Below, piece by piece: positions 8,936 through 16,487 of a DNA stretch of 34,755 nucleotides. The notes beneath the pieces are model-generated. The model had not been told where the DNA came from and did not search any database. It was given only the letters and a program-made list of their open reading frames with translations. Source of the DNA: a virus (Duplodnaviria > Caudoviricetes); IMG/VR virus record IMGVR_UViG_3300038336_000158, positions 1-34,755 of that record, one strand, 5' to 3'. Every line of letters begins with the position of its first letter. The first letter of the stretch is position 1. Both the position numbers and the translations under genes were made by a program.

Positions 8936-9127
8936 ATGATTTTAATAATTCAAGACGAATCAGGATTGAAAGAAGCAATCAAAGCAGATATCACCATAAG
9001 CGAGATAATCCAAATAGTAACACACAGAATTCCGTTATGCGGGGTAGCAAAGCTCTATCAACCAATACACATACTATCAATAGACTTTGAAGAAAAAGAA
9101 GTAGAAATCGAAGCGGAAGAAGTATAG
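8936..9127 (+). CDS. Hypothetical protein
   Basis: GAGGTG RBS; operon context. Confidence 0.6.
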   Translation: MILIIQDESGLKEAIKADITISEIIQIVTHRIPLCGVAKLYQPIHILSIDFEEKEVEIEAEEV

Positions 9128-9136
9128 GAGGTTAAC

Positions 9137-9373
9137 ATGAAAGAATTCTATATCAAGATGTTCATATTGATGCAGCTAATCACAATCATAACACTGTCAC
9201 TCTTAACGCCGGTTAATACGCTACTAAATCTAAGACAACTCATTTATGAAAACTCTGGCCTAGTAATCCTAGTAGCAATAATCACAATGATCTCCACAGA
9301 AATAACCTTTGAATACATAAAGCACTTTAAGACAGTAAAAGAATTCAAAAGAAAAATGAGGGCTCACGAATGA
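9137..9373 (+). CDS. Small membrane protein (2 TM)
   Basis: AGGAGG RBS; two hydrophobic segments. Confidence 0.7.
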   Translation: MKEFYIKMFILMQLITIITLSLLTPVNTLLNLRQLIYENSGLVILVAIITMISTEITFEYIKHFKTVKEFKRKMRAHE

Positions 9374-9690
9374 AAAGCAAAAAGGTTTATCTATCAGGAA
9401 AAATCACCGGTGATGATAATTTCGTAGAAAAATTCAAAGAAGCGGAAGAGAAGCTAAAAGCAAGAGGCCACAAAGTCATGAACCCAGCAATATTACCATC
9501 AGGCTTCGAGTACGAAGAGTACATGAACATATGTTTTACAATGATAGATCAATGCAACATCTTAGCATTCCTTCCTGACTGGGAAGATAGCCCAGGTGCA
9601 AAGAGAGAAATAGAATATGCAGTAAAGACTAAGAAACTACCACTAAGAATAGAATCGCTATTGATGGAGGGTAAAGAATGGCATGGATAG
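9370..9690 (+). CDS. DUF4406 / nucleoside deoxyribosyltransferase-like fold protein
   Basis: VYLSGKITG...F...NPA...YM...LPDWEDSPGAKREIEYA. Confidence 0.88.
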   Translation: MKSKKVYLSGKITGDDNFVEKFKEAEEKLKARGHKVMNPAILPSGFEYEEYMNICFTMIDQCNILAFLPDWEDSPGAKREIEYAVKTKKLPLRIESLLMEGKEWHG

Positions 9691-9944
9691 GAGCTGAAAA
9701 GCTATTTAATACAGATGTCAACGCAGAAGCGGCAAGGGAAGAAAAAACAAACCTTAGACCGCTGCATAAACTAAGAGCAGAGAAAGAATGTTGTGGTAAT
9801 TGCGGATACAGGAGAAAAGAAATGTGCAAACCGTTTAGGAGACCAATTACTAGCATGACTTACAAATGTGCAATGCATAGCTACGATTACAGAAACGAAA
9901 ACGAAAATGATTATCAAGAGGAAGGTGAAAAAAATGCAAAATAA
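9678..9944 (+). CDS. Cys-rich hypothetical protein
   Basis: GGAGG RBS; CCGNC...C...C. Confidence 0.65.
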   Translation: MAWIGAEKLFNTDVNAEAAREEKTNLRPLHKLRAEKECCGNCGYRRKEMCKPFRRPITSMTYKCAMHSYDYRNENENDYQEEGEKNAK

Positions 9945-10093
9945 AAAACGATGCGAACGGCCTGAGAACCAACATCGTTTTTAACAACTTAACTAAAAGC
10001 TATATTTATATTATAGGCGTAAAGCGGTGAAAAGTCAAGCCATACAAGGCTTTTCGCCCTCGTATAGGGTATTAACATTACAGGGAAAGGTAT

Positions 10094-10885
10094 GTGCCTA
10101 TGAATTACATAAGAGAAAAAAGGATATATTGTGGACCAGATCATTTAGAAGTAGACATATATCCCATAACCCAAAATCAATTGAACAAAAAAGGTAAAAG
10201 ATCTAAAAAGAAAAAAGAATCATTACCAAAACAAAAAAGGCTCAATGAAAAAAGAGCCAGGAAAAAGCTCAGACAGATTACAAACACAAACTTCAATGAA
10301 AATGATTATATAGTAACCCTAACACATTCGTCACCACCTGAAACAGTAGAGGATGCCATAAAAGAAAGACAGAAGTACCTGGACCGAGCCAAGTACCACA
10401 TGGCCAAGAGAGGAATCGCCCTAAAATACATAGCCGTCACCGAGTTTGGTGGTACAGAAGATAATCCTTCTAACATTCATCACCACCTGATCATAAATGG
10501 CTGCCTAACAAGAGATGAAGTAGAAGATCTCTGGTCAACAGGAAGAGGAAAGAAGAAAAAGCCACTAGGCAGAGCAAACGCAAGAAGATTACAACCCGAC
10601 AAAATGGGCCTTGCAGGTCTAGCTGAATACATAACAAAAAGACCGGAAGGCAAGAAGCGTTGGACATGCTCTAAGAATCTAGAAAGACCATGGTCCAAAG
10701 ACAATGATCACAAATATAAAAGGTCTCAAATCATAAAGGCAGCAATGAGCAATGAGTACTCCAAGATATTGGCCAACTATAAGGACTATGAACCGGTAGA
10801 CGCAGACTATGGCATCCAAGCCGTATACAACGACTTTACCGGATGGTCAATATACTTAAGACTACGGAAGAAAGGAAGTGGATGA
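10094..10885 (+). CDS. HUH-superfamily rolling-circle replication-associated (Rep) protein
   Basis: Motif I-like IVTLTH, motif II IHHHLII, motif III LAEYITK, plus RWTCSKNL. Confidence 0.85.
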   Translation: MPMNYIREKRIYCGPDHLEVDIYPITQNQLNKKGKRSKKKKESLPKQKRLNEKRARKKLRQITNTNFNENDYIVTLTHSSPPETVEDAIKERQKYLDRAKYHMAKRGIALKYIAVTEFGGTEDNPSNIHHHLIINGCLTRDEVEDLWSTGRGKKKKPLGRANARRLQPDKMGLAGLAEYITKRPEGKKRWTCSKNLERPWSKDNDHKYKRSQIIKAAMSNEYSKILANYKDYEPVDADYGIQAVYNDFTGWSIYLRLRKKGSG

Positions 10886-11277
10886 TGTGTTGAAAATCTA
10901 TGTAAAAGGAAAAGTGAGCTCAGTCAAAGTAAAATCAGGCCTTTACATAGTCTCACTAGAGTATAAGCAATATAAAAAAAGAGATCACTGGAACAAAAAC
11001 CGACACAACCAAGAATGAAATCGAACTTTACGCCATACTCGAAGGCCTAAAATCACTCACAAACAGCGGAAAGACTAAGTCTATCACCATCATCACTGAA
11101 AACCACTATATAACTCGCGGCATCAATGAACTTCTAAAGACCTGGCAAAGAAACAATTGGAAAAGCGCAAAAGGTAAAGAAATCAAAAACAAAGAGCTAT
11201 GGCAAGAAATTTGGAACTATATAAGAATCAATCCAATGATAAAAGCGGAATATGGAGAGGGTACAAATGAAAATTGA
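10878..11277 (+). pseudogene. RNase HI-like gene interrupted by a frameshift in an A7 tract
   Basis: Not in the ORF track. Removing one A at 10974-10980 joins MDDVLKIYVKG... to TTKNEIELYAILEGLKSL...WQRNNWKSAKGKEIKNKELWQEI, which has RNase HI helix A and basic-protrusion motifs. Confidence 0.8.
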
Positions 11278-11482
11278 AATCATGCATAGATGGACAGAAA
11301 CAGAAATCAGTGAAGTCATCATGCTTTATAACAACGATGCAAGCCTGGTAGAACTAACAGAAGAACTAGATAGACCGGTAATAGACATCCTGATACTAAT
11401 CGAACATCTCATAAAATCAGAAAAGATTGACTGTAACAGACTACTCACACTAAAACCAACAATTAAGGAGGAGAACCAATGA
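11267..11482 (+). CDS. Small HTH-like protein
   Basis: RWTETEI...LVELTEELDRP; GGAGAGG RBS. Confidence 0.65.
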   Translation: MKIEIMHRWTETEISEVIMLYNNDASLVELTEELDRPVIDILILIEHLIKSEKIDCNRLLTLKPTIKEENQ

Positions 11483-11613
11483 TTTGTAAACATAGACATT
11501 ACTTATTTTTCGGAGAATGCAACTACAAGAAAAGACCTTGTGTATATATTACCTGCAACAAGTGGCTCGACAAGATCAAAAGAAGAAACAGGCTCAGGAG
11601 GATAAAATCATGA
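11479..11613 (+). CDS. Small basic Cys-rich protein (44 aa)
   Basis: Not in the ORF track; AAGGAGG RBS, ATGA overlaps at both ends. Confidence 0.65.
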   Translation: MICKHRHYLFFGECNYKKRPCVYITCNKWLDKIKRRNRLRRIKS

Positions 11614-11795
11614 TTATAAATCTCATATATTACTTTCTAATGATTGGGACGGCATTTTGGCTCACATATGTATGGTGGTGTTTTAAAGGATCAACAGATA
11701 AAGAAGACAAGTTTGCAGCAAAGGTAGTCATAGGCATTGGGATAATATTCATGATTCTGATAACAGTAATTAAAATATGCTTATCTAGTTTTTGA
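11610..11795 (+). CDS. Small membrane protein (2 TM)
   Basis: AGGAGG RBS before ATG 11610; hydrophobic. Confidence 0.7.
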   Translation: MIINLIYYFLMIGTAFWLTYVWWCFKGSTDKEDKFAAKVVIGIGIIFMILITVIKICLSSF

Positions 11796-11809
11796 AAGAG
11801 AGGTAGCGT

Positions 11810-11941
11810 ATGAATGCTCAAGATAAAATAATTATGATTAAATGCACAGAAACCAATCACTTTAAATGACAATACTGTAAATACCGCAACCAATGTGACA
11901 GAGAAGAAAAGCTGCTTGAAAAAGAAAGGAGAAAACGTTGA
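11810..11941 (+). pseudogene. Small Cys-rich ORF with in-frame TGA at an expected Cys
   Basis: MNAQDKIIMIKCTETNHFK*QYCKYRNQCDREEK...; TGA at 11867-11869; the distal stop overlaps the next start. Confidence 0.6.
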
Positions 11942-12153
11942 GAAGAATCGACTTAATAATAAGCATGATAGAAACAGAAAGACCGGTAAGGGAAGATAAC
12001 CTAATTGCTGGATGCCCAGGGTTTTATGATGAATCACTTCCAAGCGCTAGATCATTCGGATGTAAATTACAGGAAATAGGAGCACATCCAGATGAAGCCT
12101 ATGAGATATGTAAAACATGTTGGTATGAGGAGGTAGACGATGACAGATGTTGA
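11938..12153 (+). CDS. Cys-rich hypothetical protein
   Basis: AAGGAG RBS, TTG start, CP...C...CKTCW. Confidence 0.65.
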   Translation: MRRIDLIISMIETERPVREDNLIAGCPGFYDESLPSARSFGCKLQEIGAHPDEAYEICKTCWYEEVDDDRC

Positions 12154-12562
12154 AAAGCAGTTAAGGGACTATAACTGGATCAAGCGCAACATTGAAGAAT
12201 CCAGAAAGCAAGTTGAAGTAATAAAAGACACAATAGAAGCCATTAGAGACTTAAGTGCTGTTTCTTACGATGACATGCCTAAAGCTAAAACAATATCTTC
12301 CGTTGTTGAATCCGCAATAGATAGAATTGAACAAGAATATATTAATTTGAGATCATGGAACGATAAATTAAAAGGTTATTGTGATCAAGAGATGCAGATA
12401 ATGGCGTGGCTAGATTGCTTACCGGATAATCAAAGACAAGTAGTCGAGTACAGAGCAATAAAAAATATGAGTTGGCACATGGTTAAGAGGCTAGCAAATT
12501 ATAGCGAATGCCACGCTAAACGTCTTTACTATGAGGCATTAAATTATCTAAATGATAAATAA
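12140..12562 (+). CDS. ArpU/RinA-like late transcriptional activator (sigma region 4-like HTH)
   Basis: LSAVSYDDMPK...LPDNQRQVVEYR...SW...NYSECHAKRLYYEAL. Confidence 0.75.
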   Translation: MTDVEKQLRDYNWIKRNIEESRKQVEVIKDTIEAIRDLSAVSYDDMPKAKTISSVVESAIDRIEQEYINLRSWNDKLKGYCDQEMQIMAWLDCLPDNQRQVVEYRAIKNMSWHMVKRLANYSECHAKRLYYEALNYLNDK

Positions 12563-12860
12563 AAGCCAAAGAGAAGCGAACCTAAAGTATAAATGGTGTA
12601 ACTGTCCTAAGTGTGGAGCGTATGGTAAGCATTACTGGCACCATGTATTCAATGGAGCATTAAAAGAGAAGTCTAAACAACACGATGCTTTAATATACTG
12701 GTGTTGGGCTTGCCATGTGACAAACAAAGATTCAATACATAACGACGCTGAGCTAAGACTAAGTCTCAAAAAAGAACATCAGATTAGGATCATGGAAGAA
12801 TACAACATGACAGAAGATGAATTTAGAGTACTATTCTACAAAAGCTATCTAGAAGAATAA
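12552..12860 (+). CDS. HNH-like Zn-binding phage protein
   Basis: CPKCG...HHVFNG...S...CWACH...IH...F.KSYL. Confidence 0.7.
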   Translation: MINKSQREANLKYKWCNCPKCGAYGKHYWHHVFNGALKEKSKQHDALIYWCWACHVTNKDSIHNDAELRLSLKKEHQIRIMEEYNMTEDEFRVLFYKSYLEE

Positions 12861-12874
12861 AACGAGGTGAATTA

Positions 12875-13036
12875 ATGAAAAATTTTTTAATTGATTTTAC
12901 AACTGGAGTATTAGTGTTGACCTTAATTATTATAATAGGTGTCATGGTTTCAATTATGATTATTGAAGTACCCTTATGGGGTTCAATTTGTAGTACTTAT
13001 TTAATTTGGTTCATGGGTCACATACTTAGGAAATAA
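12875..13036 (+). CDS. Small membrane protein (53 aa), first unit of the cassette-like array
   Basis: Not in the ORF track; GAGGTG RBS, very hydrophobic. Confidence 0.65.
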   Translation: MKNFLIDFTTGVLVLTLIIIIGVMVSIMIIEVPLWGSICSTYLIWFMGHILRK

Positions 13037-13084
13037 AAACATAAACAACAATAGAAAGAGATTATGAAGAAAGGAATTGATTAT

Positions 13085-13291
13085 ATGAATCAATGGGAAC
13101 TAATTTTTAGAACTTATTATATGATATTCACAGAACTTGGAGAACCATTTGTTTATTCTGATTTAGTAGATATTATTAATTGTGATATGACTTTGGAAGA
13201 ATTTAATAAGTGGTTAATTGAACAAGAAGATGAAGATAATTTTGAAAAATGGCTAGAAGAAAATAGCTTTGATGTTTTATGGCATAGTTAA
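13085..13291 (+). CDS. Small acidic hypothetical protein (cassette)
   Basis: AAGGA RBS before ATG 13085; very Glu/Asp-rich. Confidence 0.65.
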   Translation: MNQWELIFRTYYMIFTELGEPFVYSDLVDIINCDMTLEEFNKWLIEQEDEDNFEKWLEENSFDVLWHS

Positions 13292-13317
13292 CAAAAAAAT
13301 GATTACAAGGAGTAAAA

Positions 13318-13527
13318 ATGAATAATAAAATTATAATAGCAATTAGACAAAACCAAGAACAAAACAGGGAACTTATGGATATGTTATCAAAAATAAAAAT
13401 AACACATGAACATAAATGGACACCTATAAACGATGGTACACGGGATGTACAGTGTAAGAATTGTGGTGTAAAAGCTATGAGAGGAGCTTTGCATTTTAAC
13501 AACACAATAGTCACAGACAATGATTGA
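13318..13527 (+). CDS. Hypothetical protein with HxH...CxxC (cassette)
   Basis: AAGGAG RBS; HEHKW...CKNCG; reads through the repeat. Confidence 0.65.
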   Translation: MNNKIIIAIRQNQEQNRELMDMLSKIKITHEHKWTPINDGTRDVQCKNCGVKAMRGALHFNNTIVTDND

Positions 13528-13559
13528 AAGAAATTACGCAATAAAAAAAGAGGTTAAAA

Positions 13560-13724
13560 ATGAATGTAAAATTTGATTGTTTTGAGTGTTATAAAGAAAT
13601 AAACATGGAAGTAGAAAGAGGAAGTACAGAAAATTGCAATTGTAATAATGCAGAGTGTATGGCTAAATTTAACGTTAAAACCTATAAGACAAAAAAATGG
13701 AGTAACTATAAGGCGAATTTTTAA
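13560..13724 (+). CDS. Small Zn-ribbon protein, 54 aa (cassette)
   Basis: Not in the ORF track; GAGG RBS, CFEC...CNCNNAEC. Confidence 0.65.
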   Translation: MNVKFDCFECYKEINMEVERGSTENCNCNNAECMAKFNVKTYKTKKWSNYKANF

Positions 13725-13749
13725 ATAAAAGAGATTGAGAGGTAGAAAA

Positions 13750-14157
13750 ATGAAAGTGTGTGTAGCTTGTAATGGAAGTGGTTACTATGACAATATTGGT
13801 AAAAATGGAAAGTCTGTAAAGTGTGAGTCTTGCGAAGGTAGTGGAAAAGAGCGGCTAGAATTCAAAGAACAAGTTTTAGAATTTAAAATAACAGATGAAA
13901 GCCTAATAATGAAGATGTCTTTGGAGAGTTTAGAGTTTTTATTTAACGCTAGTCCAGATAATTTCAATGGTAAATCTCAATTGGCTAAGATAAAAGATGG
14001 TAAGCATCAAGAATTTGCCGAGTTTGTAGTTAGGTTTCTAATGGACTATAAGGATGCCGATAGTAGTAATGTTAATTGGTCAGTTCCATTTGAAAGGGCG
14101 TTCCAAGAGATACTCGAAGGCGCAGAAGATGAAATAGTAGATTATTTTAATTACTAA
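13750..14157 (+). CDS. Protein with N-terminal DnaJ-type CxxCxGxG Zn finger (cassette)
   Basis: CVACNGSG...CESCEGSG; GAGAGG RBS before ATG 13750. Confidence 0.7.
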   Translation: MKVCVACNGSGYYDNIGKNGKSVKCESCEGSGKERLEFKEQVLEFKITDESLIMKMSLESLEFLFNASPDNFNGKSQLAKIKDGKHQEFAEFVVRFLMDYKDADSSNVNWSVPFERAFQEILEGAEDEIVDYFNY

Positions 14158-14196
14158 CAATAGTCACAGATTGAGTAGAAAGGAAGTGTAGAATAA

Positions 14197-14466
14197 GTGT
14201 TTGATTATTGTGATTTTACAGATGGAAATACAACTACTGATATCGTTGGCAATGTTAAGAGTTTTAAAAGTGAAGAAGAGTTTATTAATATGGCGGTTAA
14301 TGAGTATGGTGTAGAAGATGCAAATATAGATAACATTAAAATTGATTATGTTAGGTATTATCCAAAAGGAAGAAAAGATTGTGGATACGACGGTGAGGGT
14401 GGGTATTATACTTTTTGTAAAAAATCGAAAGGTGCAATAGAAGTATATCGCTTACCTGTCAATTAA
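14197..14466 (+). CDS. Hypothetical protein (cassette)
   Basis: 89-aa ORF bounded by two exact repeats. Confidence 0.7.
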   Translation: MFDYCDFTDGNTTTDIVGNVKSFKSEEEFINMAVNEYGVEDANIDNIKIDYVRYYPKGRKDCGYDGEGGYYTFCKKSKGAIEVYRLPVN

Positions 14467-14516
14467 CAAACAATAGTCACAGATAACCAATTAAAGAAAG
14501 AGATTGAGGTGATTGA

Positions 14517-14669
14517 ATGAAAGTTATAGAGTGGGAAGATGTTAAACAGAATATATTGGATGTTGCATATACTATGGAGCTAAGTAATGGTGAAACCCAA
14601 GATTCAATTAGATTAAAAGATAAATTGACAATGTTAGAAAATAGGGTTTTTGAAATCAACGAACAATAG
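14517..14669 (+). CDS. Small hypothetical protein, 50 aa (cassette)
   Basis: Not in the ORF track; GAGGTG RBS; its TAG stop lies inside the repeat. Confidence 0.65.
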   Translation: MKVIEWEDVKQNILDVAYTMELSNGETQDSIRLKDKLTMLENRVFEINEQ

Positions 14670-14707
14670 TCTCAGATTGAGTGAAATAGATTGGGAGGTA
14701 AAGAAAA

Positions 14708-15010
14708 ATGGAATAGAGTTCACAAGAAGAATGGAAAGAAGTACAAGAAAGATTAGAAAAAGGACTTACACAATTATGTGATCTAGCTGAGATTATAAAA
14801 AAAGTATTTGAAAATCTAGCATATGAAATTGCCAAAGCATTCAATGAAGCCTTTAAAGCTATTAAGAAAATAGCAAATGAAATATTTCAATACCAGGAAG
14901 AGGTTAGACAAGAAACCAAATTGAAGCGGCACAAAGCACCACCAAGAATAAACATGAAGAACTTTATAATAATCAGAAAACCTGATATACGAATAAGAAA
15001 CACATGTTAA
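14708..15010 (+). pseudogene. Helical phage protein gene with premature TAG at codon 3
   Basis: GGGAGG RBS, ATG GAA TAG, then an open frame SSQEEWKEVQERLEK...RIRNTC to TAA 15010. Confidence 0.65.
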
Positions 15011-15069
15011 CCCAGCCTAATAATAAAATGACCATGAAGCGGCTAATAAATAACGAAGGAGATAAAACG

Positions 15070-15492
15070 ATGAACAAAGTAATATTGATGGGAAGACTAA
15101 CACGCGATCCGGAAGTGAGATATACACAAGGAGCTGAACCATTAGCAATAGCAAGGTACTCTCTTGCGGTAAACAAACGTTTCAAGAAAGAAGGACAGCC
15201 GGACGCAGACTTTATTAATATCGTGGCTTTTGGTAGAGAAGGAGAGTTTGCTGAAAAGTACTTCAAGAAAGGTCAGATGATATCAGTAGTAGGAAGACTA
15301 CAGACAGGATCATACACAGACAAAGATGGTGTGAAGAGGCTTACAACGGATATTGTTGTAGAAGAGCAGCACTTTGCGGAAAGCAAAAGAAATAAAGTCG
15401 CAAGTAAAGGCAATACCGAAAAAGAAGAAGAACCGGATTCAGACGGATTTGTAGCAGTACAGAATTTTGATGATGATGATCTACCATTTTAA
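15070..15492 (+). CDS. ssb: Single-stranded DNA-binding protein
   Basis: MNKVILMGRLTRDPEVRYT...ADFINIVAF...DDDDLPF. Confidence 0.97.
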   Translation: MNKVILMGRLTRDPEVRYTQGAEPLAIARYSLAVNKRFKKEGQPDADFINIVAFGREGEFAEKYFKKGQMISVVGRLQTGSYTDKDGVKRLTTDIVVEEQHFAESKRNKVASKGNTEKEEEPDSDGFVAVQNFDDDDLPF

Positions 15493-15494
15493 AC

Positions 15495-15528
15495 ATGATA
15501 CGAAATGATACGTTTTTTGTGTTAGACT
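15495..15528 (+). promoter_or_regulatory. Putative activator-dependent late promoter
   Basis: Tandem ATGATACG repeats (15495 and 15505, 10-bp period) sit in place of a -35, followed by extended -10 TGtTAGACT, upstream of the packaging operon. Confidence 0.6.
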
Positions 15529-15559
15529 TACATTAGTTAAAGTATAACCAAATCCCAAG

Positions 15560-15596
15560 AAGCATGTATGCAAGTTGTTTGCATATGTGCTTTTTT
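15560..15596 (+). terminator. Intrinsic terminator-like hairpin in the late leader
   Basis: AAGCATGTATGCAA-loop-TTGCATATGTGCTT ending in a T6 tract. Confidence 0.65.
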
Positions 15597-15699
15597 AATA
15601 AAACAAAACGATTTAAAGATAGAGGGTAAAAGGGAATGAATGCGTCAAAGCTACAGAGTAGTGAGTCAGGGGTGGGAGGCGGACGCATAAGGTAGAGAG

Positions 15700-16011
15700 A
15701 TGGCCAAAGCATATGCAAAGAAATTCTACAACAGCAAAGAGTGGATAAAGGCTAGGAAGTCTTTTATATCATCGAGAGTATCAATAGACGGTGGGATGTG
15801 CCAAGAGTGCAAGAAAGACTTAGGATACATAGTTGACCACGTCAAAGAGATAACACCAAGCAACATAGATGATCCAAACATAACACTCAATCGAGATAAC
15901 TTTAGATACCTGTGTTTAATCTGTCACAACAGAAAGACGTTTGGTGAAGCAAGAGTGACGGGTAATGATGTAATGTTTAATGAGCTGGGTGAGTTGATAG
16001 TGAGAGAATAG
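15700..16011 (+). CDS. Packaging-associated HNH endonuclease
   Basis: FYNSKEW...CQEC...VDH...N...LCLICHNRKT, directly upstream of terS. Confidence 0.92.
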   Translation: MAKAYAKKFYNSKEWIKARKSFISSRVSIDGGMCQECKKDLGYIVDHVKEITPSNIDDPNITLNRDNFRYLCLICHNRKTFGEARVTGNDVMFNELGELIVRE

Positions 16012-16130
16012 CCTAGTCCCCCCCTATAAAAACAAGGGATACCCAAAGGCCTAAGACCGAGAGATAACCTTAAATTAACACGCAGGTCATTTTCACATAA
16101 CCCCCCTCCCCAAAAAATGAGGTGATTTAA
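16012..16130. other. Probable cos region
   Basis: Intergenic segment with C-runs between HNH and terS, the usual cos location in HK97-type Firmicutes phages; exact cut site not determined. Confidence 0.45.
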
Positions 16131-16487
16131 TTGAGTTTAGAAAAAGATAAGGTAATCAAAAAAGAGATATCTAGACTTAATCGGATATTGAAAGAAGTAG
16201 ACATAAATAAAAAGAAATCCGTCGAAGGCCTTATCCATGAAGCGGCTTTCATGCGAGCCACATTGCAAGAACTCAAGATATCAATAGATGAAAACGGACC
16301 GATTGACGAAATGCAACAAGGTGAATACACAATCCTACGAGAGCATCCGGCACTTAGAAGTTATAACACAATGATCCAAAGATATAATGCGGTTTGTAAA
16401 GAAATTCTTGGCCTGCTGCCAAAAGCAGAAGCAAAGAAGGTGGAAGCAGATGAGTTCGAAGACTTCGTTAATTCTAGAACCGACTAA
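16131..16487 (+). CDS. Terminase small subunit
   Basis: AAFMRATLQEL...I.ENG...REHPALRSYNTMIQRY; position. Confidence 0.85.
   Translation: MSLEKDKVIKKEISRLNRILKEVDINKKKSVEGLIHEAAFMRATLQELKISIDENGPIDEMQQGEYTILREHPALRSYNTMIQRYNAVCKEILGLLPKAEAKKVEADEFEDFVNSRTD

Larger units (their letters stand above)
13048..14681 (+). repeat. Dispersed gene-junction repeat ACAATAGTCACAGA(TTGAG)
   Basis: Exact 14-mers at 13504, 14157 and 14470; 13/14 at 14663; 11/14 at 13048; related AAAGAGATTGAG at 13728 and 14497. Confidence 0.85.

Noticed and set aside
13048-14681. CRISPR array interpretation of the ACAATAGTCACAGA repeats
   Set aside because: The repeats are only 14-19 bp, the intervening segments are 190-650 bp and protein-coding, and there are no cas genes.
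11867-14716. Genome-wide stop-codon reassignment
   Set aside because: Only one internal TGA and one internal TAG were seen, and both codons terminate many normal genes in this prophage.
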